DNA of 58,853 nucleotides from Candidatus Magasanikbacteria bacterium CG_4_10_14_0_2_um_filter_33_14 (lineage in GTDB: Bacteria; Patescibacteriota; Patescibacteriia; Magasanikbacterales; UBA922), in assembly GCA_002793035.1 (NCBI GenBank), contig PFPL01000033.1, positions 1 to 58,853 of the forward strand, written 5' to 3'. A program made the translations under genes and the position numbers. Positions 1 through 10,761 of this stretch are shown piece after piece. The first letter of the stretch is position 1. Each line of letters starts with the position of its first letter. The notes below the pieces were generated by a model that had not been told where the DNA came from, made no database searches, and saw only the letters and a list, made by a program, of their open reading frames with translations.

Positions 1-2
1 TC

Positions 3-365
3 AAATCTCTTGTAGAGATGGTAGAAAAAATGTCTGTATTAGATCTTGCTGAACTTGTAAAAGTTCTTGAAGAAAAATTCGGCGTTAGTGCTGCTGCACC
101 AGCTATGATGATGGCTGCTCCTGGAGCTGCTGCTGGTGAAGCTGTTGCTGAAAAAGATGAGTTCACTGTTGAACTTACAGCTGCAGGTGACAGTAAAATC
201 AATGTTATCAAAGCTGTAAAAGCTGCTACAGGTCTTGGTCTAGCTGATGCTAAAGCATTGGTAGACGGAGCTCCAAAAGCTATCAAAGAAAACGTAAAGA
301 AAGCTGAAGCTGAAGAATTGAAGAAACAATTGGAAGAAGCTGGTGCTACAGTTACTTTGAAATAA
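3..365 (+). CDS. rplL: 50S ribosomal protein L7/L12 (5'-partial; true start probably left of the window)
   Basis: [24 protein letters not shown], an Ala/Pro hinge and C-terminal [55 protein letters not shown] are unmistakably L7/L12. The frame stays open back to nt 3 (KSLVE before the ATG at 18) and the usual first ~8-10 residues are missing. Confidence 0.93.
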   Translation, partial: KSLVEMVEKMSVLDLAELVKVLEEKFGVSAAAPAMMMAAPGAAAGEAVAEKDEFTVELTAAGDSKINVIKAVKAATGLGLADAKALVDGAPKAIKENVKKAEAEELKKQLEEAGATVTLK

Positions 366-390
366 TTATTTCATTGAAAGAAAAAAATAA

Positions 391-424
391 AAAGACGCTT
401 ATCTTTTAAGAAGCGTCTTTTTTG
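391..424. terminator. bidirectional intrinsic terminator between convergent rplL and 489..2756(-)
   Basis: Perfect 10-bp stem AAAGACGCTT (391-400) / AAGCGTCTTT (411-420) with a 10-nt loop, a T-run after it and an A-run before it. Confidence 0.85.
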
Positions 425-488
425 TTTATAAAATATAGCAGATTAAGCAAATTAAGCAGAATAAGCTTTTGGCCTTTCTGGCTTTTTC

Positions 489-2756
489 TTATTTCGTTGA
501 AAACTTATAAATCTTGTTATCATCTAAAATATAGACAAGTTTGTTGTCTTCATCGATTAACATGTCTTGAGGTTCTTTCCAAATATTTGAAGTATATTGT
601 TCTATAAAATTACCATCTTTATCAAGTAAGATGACTCTCTTATTTTTTGGTTCTAGAAGATATAAGTAGTCAGAGTTGGCATAGGTCCAGATTTTGGTTG
701 GGCTTTCTAGTTCTGGATGGACACCTTGTATCTCAAAGTTTTTTTGTTCACCACCATAAAAATTTAATATGTGAGCATCATCTGTTAGTACAAATATATT
801 ACCATCCACTGCGAGAGAAATTGCATTTTTCAAGGAGTCAGACTTTTGTGTTATCCAAGCAGTACCTCTGTCATAACCTGTTTGTGTTGGATTGTGTTTA
901 AAAATTTGGTCGCTTTTTGGACTAAGTGTATATAGTCTACGATTGTATACAAAAATTTGGGTAATATCTACAGAATCTTGAGGGAAACTAATATCTTTGG
1001 CCGATAAAGATTCTGTTAGTTTGGTATATTCATAAACATTAGAATCTTTGGATAAGAAAATCATTTTATCATCTTCTTTTGGTGTATCAGAGGATATTAG
1101 ATTTTGTTGGTTATCATGATTTTTTGTTTTGGTTTCTTTGGAAATTATATTGACTTGATACATGTTGTCGTCTTTGCGTGAGTAAGCGAAGATATCTTCA
1201 CCTAAAATGGCTAATTTGTTTAAATCGCCATCTATATTTTGAGAATTCAAATCGGCAATAAGCTCTGTTTCGACATTATTTAGTTTTTGAAGTTTATTTA
1301 GTATTTCATCTATTGAAGATTTCATTTCATTGTATTTGGCTATTTCTTCTTCTGTTTTTTGAGGTAATGTTTCTACTAAGTTGCTAGCATTTTCCAATAT
1401 TTCTAGAGCTTTACCTTCTTCACCATATAGGAGTTTTGCTTCGGCATCATCTTTTTTTTCAGTGATAGTCACTAATATAGTGTCATATTGAGCTATTTTT
1501 GCTTCTTTGTTTTCTTTTATTTTAATATAGATTATGCTTCCTAAAAATATTATAGCCAAAATTATGAGTGCTATAAAAAGTACTTTGCTTATCAAGCTGA
1601 CATTGCGAAGTCTTTCACGTCTTTCATTTATATTACTTTTTAGATCATCCATAAGTACGGTTCTTTGTCCTGACTTGTTGGTTATAACAAAAAAGATTGT
1701 TTGGAAGGTTTTTAAAACAAAATTAAGTATTTTTTTTATTACAAAAAATATACCTGTAAAAATAAGAACAAGTCCTTTTCCAATTGTTATAAGTATTTTT
1801 TCTGATAATTTTTGTTTTTTATCACGAGAGTTTGTTCTATAGTTTGTCTCTATCTTGCCATAAGATTGGTTTGGAGATCCATGGTTGGTCTTTTTTAGCA
1901 GAGTTTCTTTTTTCTTTATTTCTTTTGTTTCATTTTTTTGAAAAGTTGTAGTGAATTTATCTTTGATATTTTTGAGTAAAGAAGGGGACAATGTATCTGC
2001 TGTATTGCGGGTAGTATTTACTAGTTCATCTATGGAAGCTTGAGATCCTACATCATCGGCTTTGATATTTTTGAAACGTTTGACTTCCAATTGTAGTTTG
2101 GGTGTATGAAATATTACACCCCCAAAAGAATACTCGTCTTTTAGATTGTCTAATACTTTTTGAATGTGTAGAGCCCCTTGTTTGGTGGCTCTATTTTGGA
2201 TGATTTTGCGGACTCTATCAGCTGAAAAGTGTTCAGATACACTCGGTGTTGAAACATATAAGTAGTCATCATCTTTCATGTCGCCTTCAATAACTGACGA
2301 AAATAATTGATCGTGGTTTTCTGATTCTTCAGGTTCTATGACTTGTGTGCTACGGAGACCTTCTTTGCCAGCAAAGAAAAGATAAGCATTTGGTTCACCG
2401 TGATATGCAAGTACTAAGTGTCTTTTTTGGATAATACCTACCAAAACATGCAACTTGTTGTCTGTATATTGTAGGACATTATGACTTTGTTGGTTGATTT
2501 CTTGTAAAACACTTTCAAAATAATTGTTTATATTACTATTTTCTTCAGAATAATAGCGAATTTCGATGTCGTCTACTATTTGCTGAAGTTGGCTTATTTG
2601 TTCAGAATAGCTGCCATTTACTTCTATAATTGCAAAAAAATAGCCCTTATCTTTTTCTGTTTGGGTGATAGGTTCTGCGATATGTAGTAGGACATGAGAT
2701 GCCCTTTGGTTGTCTCCTTCAACAAAGAATTCTTGGATTTCTAAACCATTTTTCAT
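489..2756 (-). CDS. hypothetical membrane protein (cytoplasmic N-domain, 2 TM segments, beta-propeller-like C-domain)
   Basis: 755-aa ORF with no competing frame. Hydrophobic segments are LILITIGKGLVLIFTGIFFVI and VLFIALIILAIIFLGSIIYI. The N-terminal ~220 aa only vaguely recall a PP2C/SpoIIE-like fold. The C-terminal ~250 aa show repeated strand-like motifs (IYKF, VILLD, IFVLTD, LYTLS). Function not assignable. Confidence 0.75.
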   Translation of the reverse strand: MKNGLEIQEFFVEGDNQRASHVLLHIAEPITQTEKDKGYFFAIIEVNGSYSEQISQLQQIVDDIEIRYYSEENSNINNYFESVLQEINQQSHNVLQYTDNKLHVLVGIIQKRHLVLAYHGEPNAYLFFAGKEGLRSTQVIEPEESENHDQLFSSVIEGDMKDDDYLYVSTPSVSEHFSADRVRKIIQNRATKQGALHIQKVLDNLKDEYSFGGVIFHTPKLQLEVKRFKNIKADDVGSQASIDELVNTTRNTADTLSPSLLKNIKDKFTTTFQKNETKEIKKKETLLKKTNHGSPNQSYGKIETNYRTNSRDKKQKLSEKILITIGKGLVLIFTGIFFVIKKILNFVLKTFQTIFFVITNKSGQRTVLMDDLKSNINERRERLRNVSLISKVLFIALIILAIIFLGSIIYIKIKENKEAKIAQYDTILVTITEKKDDAEAKLLYGEEGKALEILENASNLVETLPQKTEEEIAKYNEMKSSIDEILNKLQKLNNVETELIADLNSQNIDGDLNKLAILGEDIFAYSRKDDNMYQVNIISKETKTKNHDNQQNLISSDTPKEDDKMIFLSKDSNVYEYTKLTESLSAKDISFPQDSVDITQIFVYNRRLYTLSPKSDQIFKHNPTQTGYDRGTAWITQKSDSLKNAISLAVDGNIFVLTDDAHILNFYGGEQKNFEIQGVHPELESPTKIWTYANSDYLYLLEPKNKRVILLDKDGNFIEQYTSNIWKEPQDMLIDEDNKLVYILDDNKIYKFSTK

Positions 2757-2907
2757 AGCTAATATTCTAATCCTATATTAGAGTTTGCAAAGGTCTACCT
2801 TTGACTTTATTCTCGTTAATTATTATACTATAATTACAGATTTAATGCCAGTTTTTGTTAATAAAATTTTTATAGGCAATAATATTTGAAATTAGGGGGT
2901 AAAAATT

Positions 2908-3537
2908 TTGAGTACACTAATTATTTGTAAAATTATGCTTGAACAACTTTTTGGTTCAAAGACCAGATTAAAATTATTAAGGTTATTCTTTTCCGAACCA
3001 GATAACTCTTTTTTTGTTAGAGAATTATCTAGAAATATCGGTGTTCAGATAAATGCTGTCCGTCGTGAACTTGAGATATTACTTAATATGGATATTATAA
3101 AAGAAAAGGAAGCAGATGAAAAAAATAAAGAGAATGAAATGGAAGTAGGAGAAAAACTTCGTAAATATTATATTTTGAATTCTGAATCAATAGTATACTC
3201 AGAACTTCAAGCTTTACTTGTAAAAGATAAAGTAATTGGTCAGAAAGAATTTATCCAATCTTTCAAAGACAAAATGACAACTGTAAAATTGTTGATTTTA
3301 TCTGGAGAATTTACAGGAGACAAAAGAGCTCCAACGGATTTGTTAGTTGTTGGAAAAGTAAAACCAAGAGTACTGTCTTCTCTTATTGAAGATTATGAAA
3401 AAGAATTTGGTTTCAATATTCGTTATACTGTAATGACTGAAGAAGAGTTTGCTGATAGACGTTATGTTATGGATAAATTTTTGTATGCTCTTTTTGAAGC
3501 TGATAATCTAAAAATTATAAACGAGCTGGGGGTTTAA
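2908..3537 (+). CDS. winged-helix (ArsR/MarR-like) DNA-binding protein
   Basis: N-terminus LFGSKTRLKLLRLFFSEPDNSFFVRELSRNIGVQINAVRRELEILLNMDIIKE is a wHTH. A GGGGG RBS lies 8-13 nt before the TTG at 2908; an alternative ATG is at 2935. Confidence 0.7.
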   Translation: MSTLIICKIMLEQLFGSKTRLKLLRLFFSEPDNSFFVRELSRNIGVQINAVRRELEILLNMDIIKEKEADEKNKENEMEVGEKLRKYYILNSESIVYSELQALLVKDKVIGQKEFIQSFKDKMTTVKLLILSGEFTGDKRAPTDLLVVGKVKPRVLSSLIEDYEKEFGFNIRYTVMTEEEFADRRYVMDKFLYALFEADNLKIINELGV

Positions 3538-3567
3538 ATTTTTTTTAGAAACTACTTTATATATTTT

Positions 3568-3957
3568 ATGGACTATTTATTAATCGACATGTCAGAAAAA
3601 TCAGATATTCATTTGGTTCTTTTTGATGAAGAAAAAAAAGTAGAAAAAAATTTTGAAGGACAAAATAGAGAATTACTTTTGTGTATTGATAATTTTTTTA
3701 TTGAAAATAATGTAGTAAAAGAAAATATAAAAGGGATTATGGTGGTAGTAGGAGTAGGTACTTTTACTAGTACAAGAATTGCTTGTGTAGTTGCCAATAC
3801 TTTTGCTTTTGTTTTGCAGATTCCACTTTTGGCTATAGGAACTGATGATATTGTAAAAGTACAAGATTTGATACCAAGTTTATTAAAACAACCAAAAGGT
3901 CAATATATTTCAGCTACCTATAGTGGTGAGCCAAATATAGGTAAGCCAAAAAAATAA
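3568..3957 (+). CDS. tsaB: short TsaB/YeaZ-like protein (t6A biosynthesis partner, N-terminal domain only)
   Basis: GIMVVVGVGTFTSTRIACVVANTFAFVLQIPLLAIG matches the GPGSFTGLRIG...A..l..P core of TsaB. At 129 aa it is about half normal length. Confidence 0.5.
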   Translation: MDYLLIDMSEKSDIHLVLFDEEKKVEKNFEGQNRELLLCIDNFFIENNVVKENIKGIMVVVGVGTFTSTRIACVVANTFAFVLQIPLLAIGTDDIVKVQDLIPSLLKQPKGQYISATYSGEPNIGKPKK

Positions 3958-3959
3958 AT

Positions 3960-5444
3960 ATGCTCACAGATTATCAAAAATATCGTTTTTATGAAATTTT
4001 GCCAGGTTTGTCTATCTGGCTTACTCTTATTTTGGGTATTATATTATCATTTATCAAACCTCTTTGGATGATTTATTTTATCATTGTTTTCGATGTTTAT
4101 TGGGTTTTGAAAGTGGCTAATTTTGTTTTTTATCTCAATGTTGCTTGGCTTCGCTATCACAAAATAAAAAAAGTAAATTGGAAAGAAGCACTTTTTCATG
4201 AAATACCAGATTACAAAACAAAACATCACTTGGTTTTTTTGACATTATACAATGAAGAATGGGTAGTAGTGGAAGATGCTTTGAAATCTTTGAAAAATTC
4301 TGTTTATGATAAAAATAATTTTACTATAGTGATAGCAGGGGAAGCTCGTAAGAAAGAACATTGTGAAGATATTTTTGAAAAAGTAAAACAGAATTTCGAA
4401 GATTCTTTTTCTCATATTATATATACTTTACACCCTGGTGATTTAGAGGGTGAAACACCAGGCAAAGGTTCTAATTTGCATTATTCAGAACAAATTGCAA
4501 AGGAATATGTAGATAAACAAAATTGGAATTATGACAATGTCATTGTAACTGTCTTTGATATAGATACTATTTGTGATGAACAATATTTTGCCTATCTGAC
4601 TTATCTTTATTCCACAGTAGACGATCCTACCAAAACTTCTTTTCAGCCGGTAGCGCTTTATAACAACAACATGTGGGAATCTCCTTCGATTTTGAGAATT
4701 ATGGCTTTTGGTACTACTTTTTGGATGATGACGTCGCTTGCTCGTCAGGATGCTCTTGTTACTTTTTCTTCTCATTCACTTAGTTTTACAGCACTTGTCA
4801 AAGCTGGCTTTCATGAAAAAAGAATTGTGAGTGAAGATTCTAGAATTTTTTATCAGTGTTTGCTTGCTAATGGAGGAGACTATCGTGTAACTCCAATGTA
4901 TGTACCTGTATCAATGGATACTGTACGTGATGATAAGTGGTGGAAGAGTATGTCTAATCTCTACAAACAACAACGTCGTTGGGCCTGGGGTGTAGAGCAT
5001 GTTCCATATTTACTTTGGGAATTCAAAAAACATCCAGAGATTCCACTTTGGAAAAAGATAAAATGGGTTTTTGTAGAGTGGGAAGGTAAGTGGTCTTGGG
5101 CTTTGGCGGCTATTATAATTACTATTTTGGGTCGTTTGCCATTATGGTTGGCCGATGAAGGCGTGAGACAGAGTGCTTTGTTTTTAAACGCACCTTATAT
5201 GCTTGAAAAATTGATGGGTTTAGCCATGGTAGGGCTTATTTTGTCGGCAATTTTTAGTTTACCACTTTTACCAAAACCAAAAGCAAGTCAACCTAAGCAT
5301 ATGTATATTATTATGCTTTTGCAATGGGTGCTTCTGCCAATATCTATGATATTTTTATCAGCTATTCCGGCTATTGATGCAGTAACTCGTTTGATATTTG
5401 GAAAATATTTAGGTTTCAATGTTTCTCAGAAAAAGAGAAAATAA
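3960..5444 (+). CDS. membrane glycosyltransferase family 2 (processive, cellulose/chitin-synthase-like)
   Basis: N- and C-terminal TM helices. The GT-A core has VFLTLYNEE...TIVIAGEARK and FDIDT. A QxxRW motif is present as QQRRWAWG. Confidence 0.85.
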   Translation: MLTDYQKYRFYEILPGLSIWLTLILGIILSFIKPLWMIYFIIVFDVYWVLKVANFVFYLNVAWLRYHKIKKVNWKEALFHEIPDYKTKHHLVFLTLYNEEWVVVEDALKSLKNSVYDKNNFTIVIAGEARKKEHCEDIFEKVKQNFEDSFSHIIYTLHPGDLEGETPGKGSNLHYSEQIAKEYVDKQNWNYDNVIVTVFDIDTICDEQYFAYLTYLYSTVDDPTKTSFQPVALYNNNMWESPSILRIMAFGTTFWMMTSLARQDALVTFSSHSLSFTALVKAGFHEKRIVSEDSRIFYQCLLANGGDYRVTPMYVPVSMDTVRDDKWWKSMSNLYKQQRRWAWGVEHVPYLLWEFKKHPEIPLWKKIKWVFVEWEGKWSWALAAIIITILGRLPLWLADEGVRQSALFLNAPYMLEKLMGLAMVGLILSAIFSLPLLPKPKASQPKHMYIIMLLQWVLLPISMIFLSAIPAIDAVTRLIFGKYLGFNVSQKKRK

Positions 5445-5457
5445 TTTTATTATTTTT

Positions 5458-6885
5458 ATGAATACAAATTTTACACCTAAAAGAAAAAAATGGCCTTGGG
5501 TTTTGTTTATCGTTTTTTTGTTTATTTTTGCTGGTGGATTTTATGCCTACAGTTTTGTCAAAAATCTTACACCAGAAAAGTTACTAGAATCTGATTTTGT
5601 TCAGAAACAAATTATAAAACAAGTGGGTGATGAAAATTCTGATTTGTTAAATATTATTCCTGATTTGCTTGGTTTTGAAGAACCAAAAACTTATTTATTT
5701 TTATTTTTAAATAATACGGAGTTGCGTCCTGGTGGAGGTTTTATTGGTTCTTATGCTACTATGCATTTTGACAAAGGTCAGACTAGTATTTTGCAAATGG
5801 GTGGTACTGAAAATATTAGTAAAAGTTCTTCTTCGGATAATCCTCCTGGAATACTTAAAGATAAGTTGGGAGTGGATAAATGGTATTTCCGTGATAGTAA
5901 TTGGTCACCAGATTTTGCTTTTAGTTCGGAAAAAACTTTGGAATTTTATAAAAATGGTAATAATGTAGGGGCTGATGATATAGATGGTGTTGTTGGTGTT
6001 ACTACAGATGTTTTGGAAGATCTGATGCTGATAACGGGTCCTTTTGTGGTAGATGGTATTGAATTTACTTCTCAAAATGTGATAGAAAAATTAGAATATG
6101 AAGTAGAATACGCCTATGATGACAAAGGATTAGAATTTCATGAAAGAAAAGATATCTTGGAAACTTTTATGTTGGCCTTGATGAATCATGTCAAAGGCGA
6201 CATTTTTAAAAATTTGTCTAAATATAAGAATTTGGCTCTTGCTTTACTAAAAGAAAAAAATATAGTAATCTTCTCTTTGTCAGAAAAAAAAGAAGATATC
6301 TTGACCAAAAATAATTGGGGAGGTAGGATGAATGAATCAGATGGGGATTATTTACTTTGGGTGGATGCTAATTTGGCTGCTCTGAAGACAGATTATGTTA
6401 TTAAGCGTGATTTGTATTATTCGATAGATAGAAATGTTGCTACCATAAAAATGCTTTATAAACACACAGGAAAATTTGATTGGCGTACGACAAGATATTT
6501 GAGCTATGCTCGTGTTTATGTCCCTTCAGATTCACTCTTGCTTGCTGCTAAATTTGGAGGAGAGACAATCGATATGAAAAAAATAGACGGTGGAACTGAG
6601 GGAGGAAAACAATGGTTTGGCACTTTTATTAGTATTGAACCTGGGGAAGAAAAGGAGCTAGAATTTGAATATGAATTGCCGGTTGGTGTTTTGGACGATT
6701 TGGATTATTCATTGCTTGTCCAAAAACAGATTGGGATGAATAATGTAGATTTACATTTAAACTTGAATTTTAAATCGGATATTAGTTCAGCTGAACCTGC
6801 AGAAGAAGAAAATAAATTTGGAGACAATACATATAATTTTGAAACAGAATTAACAAAAGATTTAGAGTTTGATGTTAAATTTTGA
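5458..6885 (+). CDS. DUF4012 domain membrane-anchored protein
   Basis: N-terminal TM (WPWVLFIVFLFIFAGGFYAY) followed by the DUF4012 hallmark NNTELRPGGGFIGSYATMHFDKGQ. I prefer the ATG at 5458 over the track start 5419, which overlaps the upstream gene by 26 nt. Confidence 0.8.
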   Translation: MNTNFTPKRKKWPWVLFIVFLFIFAGGFYAYSFVKNLTPEKLLESDFVQKQIIKQVGDENSDLLNIIPDLLGFEEPKTYLFLFLNNTELRPGGGFIGSYATMHFDKGQTSILQMGGTENISKSSSSDNPPGILKDKLGVDKWYFRDSNWSPDFAFSSEKTLEFYKNGNNVGADDIDGVVGVTTDVLEDLMLITGPFVVDGIEFTSQNVIEKLEYEVEYAYDDKGLEFHERKDILETFMLALMNHVKGDIFKNLSKYKNLALALLKEKNIVIFSLSEKKEDILTKNNWGGRMNESDGDYLLWVDANLAALKTDYVIKRDLYYSIDRNVATIKMLYKHTGKFDWRTTRYLSYARVYVPSDSLLLAAKFGGETIDMKKIDGGTEGGKQWFGTFISIEPGEEKELEFEYELPVGVLDDLDYSLLVQKQIGMNNVDLHLNLNFKSDISSAEPAEEENKFGDNTYNFETELTKDLEFDVKF

Positions 6886-6900
6886 TAATTTAAATATACT

Positions 6901-7902
6901 ATGAAAAAAGTCGGCATCGATCTTGGAACAACAAATGTACTCGTCTATGTACCTAAATTAGGTATTGTTGTGAATGAACCTTCCGTTGTGGCTATCTCCA
7001 AAGATGATCGTAGAGTTTTGGCTGTGGGTGCTGAAGCCAAAGAAATGATTGGACGTACTCCTGATTCTATTATTGCTGAGAGACCTCTCAAAGATGGTGT
7101 GATTGCTAGTTATCGTACGACAGAAGCTATGCTTCGTTATTTCATCAACAAAGCTATTGGCGGTATGCGTATTTTCCGTCCGGAAGTCATGGTCGCCGTA
7201 CCTGCTGGGATCACTTCTACAGAAAGACGTGCTGTTGTTGACGCTGCTATGGCTGCTGGTGCCAAAGCTGCTTATATTATCAAAGAGCCCGTGGTGGCGG
7301 CGATTGGCGCGGATATTCCTATTGGTTCAGCTTCTGGACATATGATTATTGATATTGGTGGTGGTACAGCTGAGATTGCGGTGATTTCACTTGGTGGAAT
7401 TGTATCTGTTGGTTCAGTACGTATTGGGGGAAACCGATTTGATCAGTCTATTGCTGAATTTATTCGTCGTAAATATGGATTGGCAATAGGGGATAGAAGT
7501 GCTGAAAAAGTAAAAATTGACATTGGTTCTGCAATGTACATGGATGAACCTTTGTCTATGGAAGTAAAAGGACGAGATATGGTAACCGGTCTTCCGCGTA
7601 CTATTTTGGTAACTTCTGATGATACTACTGAAGCTCTTCAGCATGATTTGGAAGGACTTGTCGAAGCTATCAAAGAAGTTCTTCAAAAAACTCCACCAGA
7701 ATTATCAGCAGACGTCATGGACAAAGGTATGATTATGTCTGGAGGTTCAAGTCAACTTCGTAATTTGGATGAATTAATCTCACAAGCTATTGGTGTGGCT
7801 GCCTATGTCGCAGAAGAGCCTCTTCTTTGTGTGGCCAAGGGTACGGGTATTGCCCTAGAAAATTTGGATAATTATAAGAGATCTATTCTTACTACTAGAT
7901 AG
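6901..7902 (+). CDS. mreB: rod shape-determining actin homologue MreB
   Basis: GIDLGTTNVLVYV, NEPSVVA, PLKDGVIA, AVPAGITSTERRAV, IIKEPVVAAIGA, IDIGGGTAEIAVISLGG and GGSSQLRNLDELI are canonical MreB motifs over the full length. Confidence 0.95.
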   Translation: MKKVGIDLGTTNVLVYVPKLGIVVNEPSVVAISKDDRRVLAVGAEAKEMIGRTPDSIIAERPLKDGVIASYRTTEAMLRYFINKAIGGMRIFRPEVMVAVPAGITSTERRAVVDAAMAAGAKAAYIIKEPVVAAIGADIPIGSASGHMIIDIGGGTAEIAVISLGGIVSVGSVRIGGNRFDQSIAEFIRRKYGLAIGDRSAEKVKIDIGSAMYMDEPLSMEVKGRDMVTGLPRTILVTSDDTTEALQHDLEGLVEAIKEVLQKTPPELSADVMDKGMIMSGGSSQLRNLDELISQAIGVAAYVAEEPLLCVAKGTGIALENLDNYKRSILTTR

Positions 7903-7992
7903 ATTTGGTTTATTGGTTTACTGGATTATTAGTTAATAAATATATGTTGTGTAATAATAAACAAATAATCTAATCAACCAATAATCTCTTTT

Positions 7993-9729
7993 ATGTTTAA
8001 AAAAATATTTTTGGCAGTAATGATATCGTTTTCTATTTTTTTGTTTGCTTCGCCTGTAAAAGCTGAAGAAAAAATAAATAATTTTGTTACGAATATAAAA
8101 ATAAATGAAGATTCTTCTCTTCATGTTCAAGAAAAAATAGATTATGATTTTGGTGATGTAGAAAGACATGGTATTTTTAGAAATATCCCTTATGAATATA
8201 AAATCGATGGAAAAAAATATCAAATAAGTATTGATAATATTCAAGTTAGTGATATAAATAATAATGCTATTACTTTTGTAGTAAGTAATAAAAGTAAACA
8301 AAAAGATATAAAAATAGGAGACGCAAATATTTTACTAACTGGTCAAAAAACTTATGTAATTGATTACGATGTGGCAGGTGCTCTAAATAGTTTTGAAGAT
8401 CACGATGAATTGTTTTGGAATGTGACTGGTAATGATTGGGTGGTTCCAATAGATAATATTGAAGCCAAAGTTGAATTACCGGATATTTCGCCGGTAATAA
8501 ATAGTCAAGTTACTTGTTATGCTGGAAATTATGGTAGTACTAACAAATGTGATTTTTTTGAGCTTACTCACTCTGCAAGTAGTACTGATGAAATAGTAGG
8601 TGCTAATTTTGCTACCAAAAATCTACCTAGATCTTTTGGAATGACAGTAGTACTTGGGTTTGAAAAAGGAATTATAAGTATTCCCGTCCCAGAACCTATA
8701 ACTGAATTTCCTGCTTGGTTGGTAGTGTTAGCAGTATTTTTTTTATTTGGTGGAATACCTTTGTTAGTTTTAATAATAATGATTTTGATTTGGTTTTTTA
8801 GAGGTCGTGATAAAAAACTTCATGATCCAATAATTGCTCAGTATGATTCACCAGACAATTTGCCACCAGGTATTGTTGGTACCATTCTTGATGAACATGT
8901 TGATAAAGAAGACCTCAGTTCAGAAATTATTTATTTGGCAATTGCTGGTTATCTAAAAATAAATAGAATAGAAACAAAAAAAATATTTTCAAAAGAGGTG
9001 GACTATCAATTGGATAAATTAAAAGATGCTGATGATTCTTTGAAAGAATATCAGAAAATTTTATTGAAAGCTTTTTTCAAGAGTGGGGACTCAGTGAAAC
9101 TATCTAAATTGAAGTTTACCCTTTTTTTGAGTTTCAAAAATGCTAGCGAAGAAATGACTAAGTTTGCAGCTGACAATGGTTATTTTGAAAAAGATCCTGC
9201 TAAAGTAAAGAAAGTATATAATATTGTTGGTATATTTTTTGTAGCTCTGGGAATGGTAAGTTTCCCTGTATTTATCTTTTTTTCTTTTATTAATTTGGCT
9301 ATTTCTGGAATTATAATTATTCTTTTTGGAGCTATCATGTCCAAGAGGACACTCAAAGGTGTAAAAGCAAGAAATTATATTTTGGGTCTCAAAGAATATA
9401 TCAAGGTAGCTGAAAAGGAAAGAATAAAATTTCATAATGCTCCAGAAAAAAATCCACAAACTTTTGAAAAATTTTTGCCATATGCCATGGTGTTTGGTTT
9501 GGAAAAAGAATGGGCAAAACAATTTGAAGGAATCTACATGGAACAACCATCTTGGTATTCTGGGGCAGACTTGGCTACTTTTTCTGCTGTAAGTTTTGTA
9601 AATGAATTAAGTAGTTTTGGTTCTGTTGCTAATACTAGTTTTGCTCAAAACTCAGGATCATCATCAGGTTTTTCTAGTGGAGGATTTTCTGGAGGAGGTT
9701 TTGGTGGAGGTGGTGGAGGATCTTGGTAA
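7993..9729 (+). CDS. DUF2207 domain membrane protein
   Basis: Signal peptide, then INNFVTNIKINEDSSLHVQEKIDYDFGDVERHGIFRNIPYEY (DUF2207 N-domain), central TM helices and the typical Gly-rich tail SGGFSGGGFGGGGGGSW. Confidence 0.85.
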   Translation: MFKKIFLAVMISFSIFLFASPVKAEEKINNFVTNIKINEDSSLHVQEKIDYDFGDVERHGIFRNIPYEYKIDGKKYQISIDNIQVSDINNNAITFVVSNKSKQKDIKIGDANILLTGQKTYVIDYDVAGALNSFEDHDELFWNVTGNDWVVPIDNIEAKVELPDISPVINSQVTCYAGNYGSTNKCDFFELTHSASSTDEIVGANFATKNLPRSFGMTVVLGFEKGIISIPVPEPITEFPAWLVVLAVFFLFGGIPLLVLIIMILIWFFRGRDKKLHDPIIAQYDSPDNLPPGIVGTILDEHVDKEDLSSEIIYLAIAGYLKINRIETKKIFSKEVDYQLDKLKDADDSLKEYQKILLKAFFKSGDSVKLSKLKFTLFLSFKNASEEMTKFAADNGYFEKDPAKVKKVYNIVGIFFVALGMVSFPVFIFFSFINLAISGIIIILFGAIMSKRTLKGVKARNYILGLKEYIKVAEKERIKFHNAPEKNPQTFEKFLPYAMVFGLEKEWAKQFEGIYMEQPSWYSGADLATFSAVSFVNELSSFGSVANTSFAQNSGSSSGFSSGGFSGGGFGGGGGGSW

Positions 9730-9756
9730 TAAATTTAAATTACAAAAATTATTCAT

Positions 9757-10719
9757 ATGAAGAATGTTTATTTAGGAGCTATTAGTATCATGTTTGCGGC
9801 TTTTTTGTGGGCTGTGGATGGAGTAGTCCTCACACCTTGGGTTTTGAAGTTGGGTATGACAGATATCCCAATTTTTGTTTTTATGTTGCATGCTACATCT
9901 TCTGTTTTTTTGTTATATTTTTATTTCAAGAGATTCTCTGAATTAAAAAATCTTGATAAAAAAGATTGGGTTTCTTTTTTGTTGGTAGCTTTTTTTGGTG
10001 GAGCCTTGGGTACTATGGCTATCGTGGCAGCTATTTCAATAGTGTATAGTCAAGGGCTGAATATTTCAGTTGTTTTACTTTTACAAAAATTGCAACCAGT
10101 TTTCGCGTTACTTTTAGCTTTTGTATTTTTAAAAGAAAAATTGCAAAAAAGTTTTTATGTTTGGGCTTTGTTGGCATTATTGGGAAGTTATTTACTTACT
10201 TTTGGTTTTAGTTTTGGTAGTATTGATTTTTCTGGTATGTTTAGACCGGCTCTATTATCTGTTATTGCTGCTTTTTCTTTTGGTGCTTCGACAGTATTTT
10301 CCAAGAGAGCCGTAGACAAGATAAGTCACAGCTTAGGTACAGCTTTGCGTTTTATTTTGACTACTACTTTGATGTTAATAATTATTTTATTTTTGACATT
10401 TTTTAAAAAAATTGGTTTAGAAACATCTTATTTGGGTTTAGCTGGTTTTTCTCTTTTGAATATTAAGAGTTTGTTTGTTTTTATATTGATTGCGTTGACG
10501 ACGGGTGGTACTTCTATTTTTATTTATTATTATGGATTAAAAATGGTGTTGGCTTCCAAGTCTACTATTTATGAGTTGGTATTTCCTTTTAGTTCTATTT
10601 TGTTGGAATTTTTTATTCATGGTAAAATATTAGGGTTAGGTCAATGGATTGGTTTGATTATTATTTTGTTGGCAGTTTTCAAAATTACTAAGACTAAAAG
10701 AAAAGCAATAAGAATATAA
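9757..10719 (+). CDS. EamA/DMT-family transporter
   Basis: About 10 predicted TM helices in two similar halves. Composition is typical of the drug/metabolite transporter superfamily. Confidence 0.75.
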   Translation: MKNVYLGAISIMFAAFLWAVDGVVLTPWVLKLGMTDIPIFVFMLHATSSVFLLYFYFKRFSELKNLDKKDWVSFLLVAFFGGALGTMAIVAAISIVYSQGLNISVVLLLQKLQPVFALLLAFVFLKEKLQKSFYVWALLALLGSYLLTFGFSFGSIDFSGMFRPALLSVIAAFSFGASTVFSKRAVDKISHSLGTALRFILTTTLMLIIILFLTFFKKIGLETSYLGLAGFSLLNIKSLFVFILIALTTGGTSIFIYYYGLKMVLASKSTIYELVFPFSSILLEFFIHGKILGLGQWIGLIIILLAVFKITKTKRKAIRI

Positions 10720-10761
10720 GACTTTTTGTGTATTAGTGAATTTTACTAAGTAAATTTATTT

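Noticed and set aside
5419-5457. Upstream extensions of several track ORFs (5419, 13924, 19357, 33306, 36194, 38784, 40017, 49394, 50405)
   Set aside because: These extensions overlap the preceding gene or a terminator and add non-conserved residues. Internal ATGs that match family N-termini were preferred.
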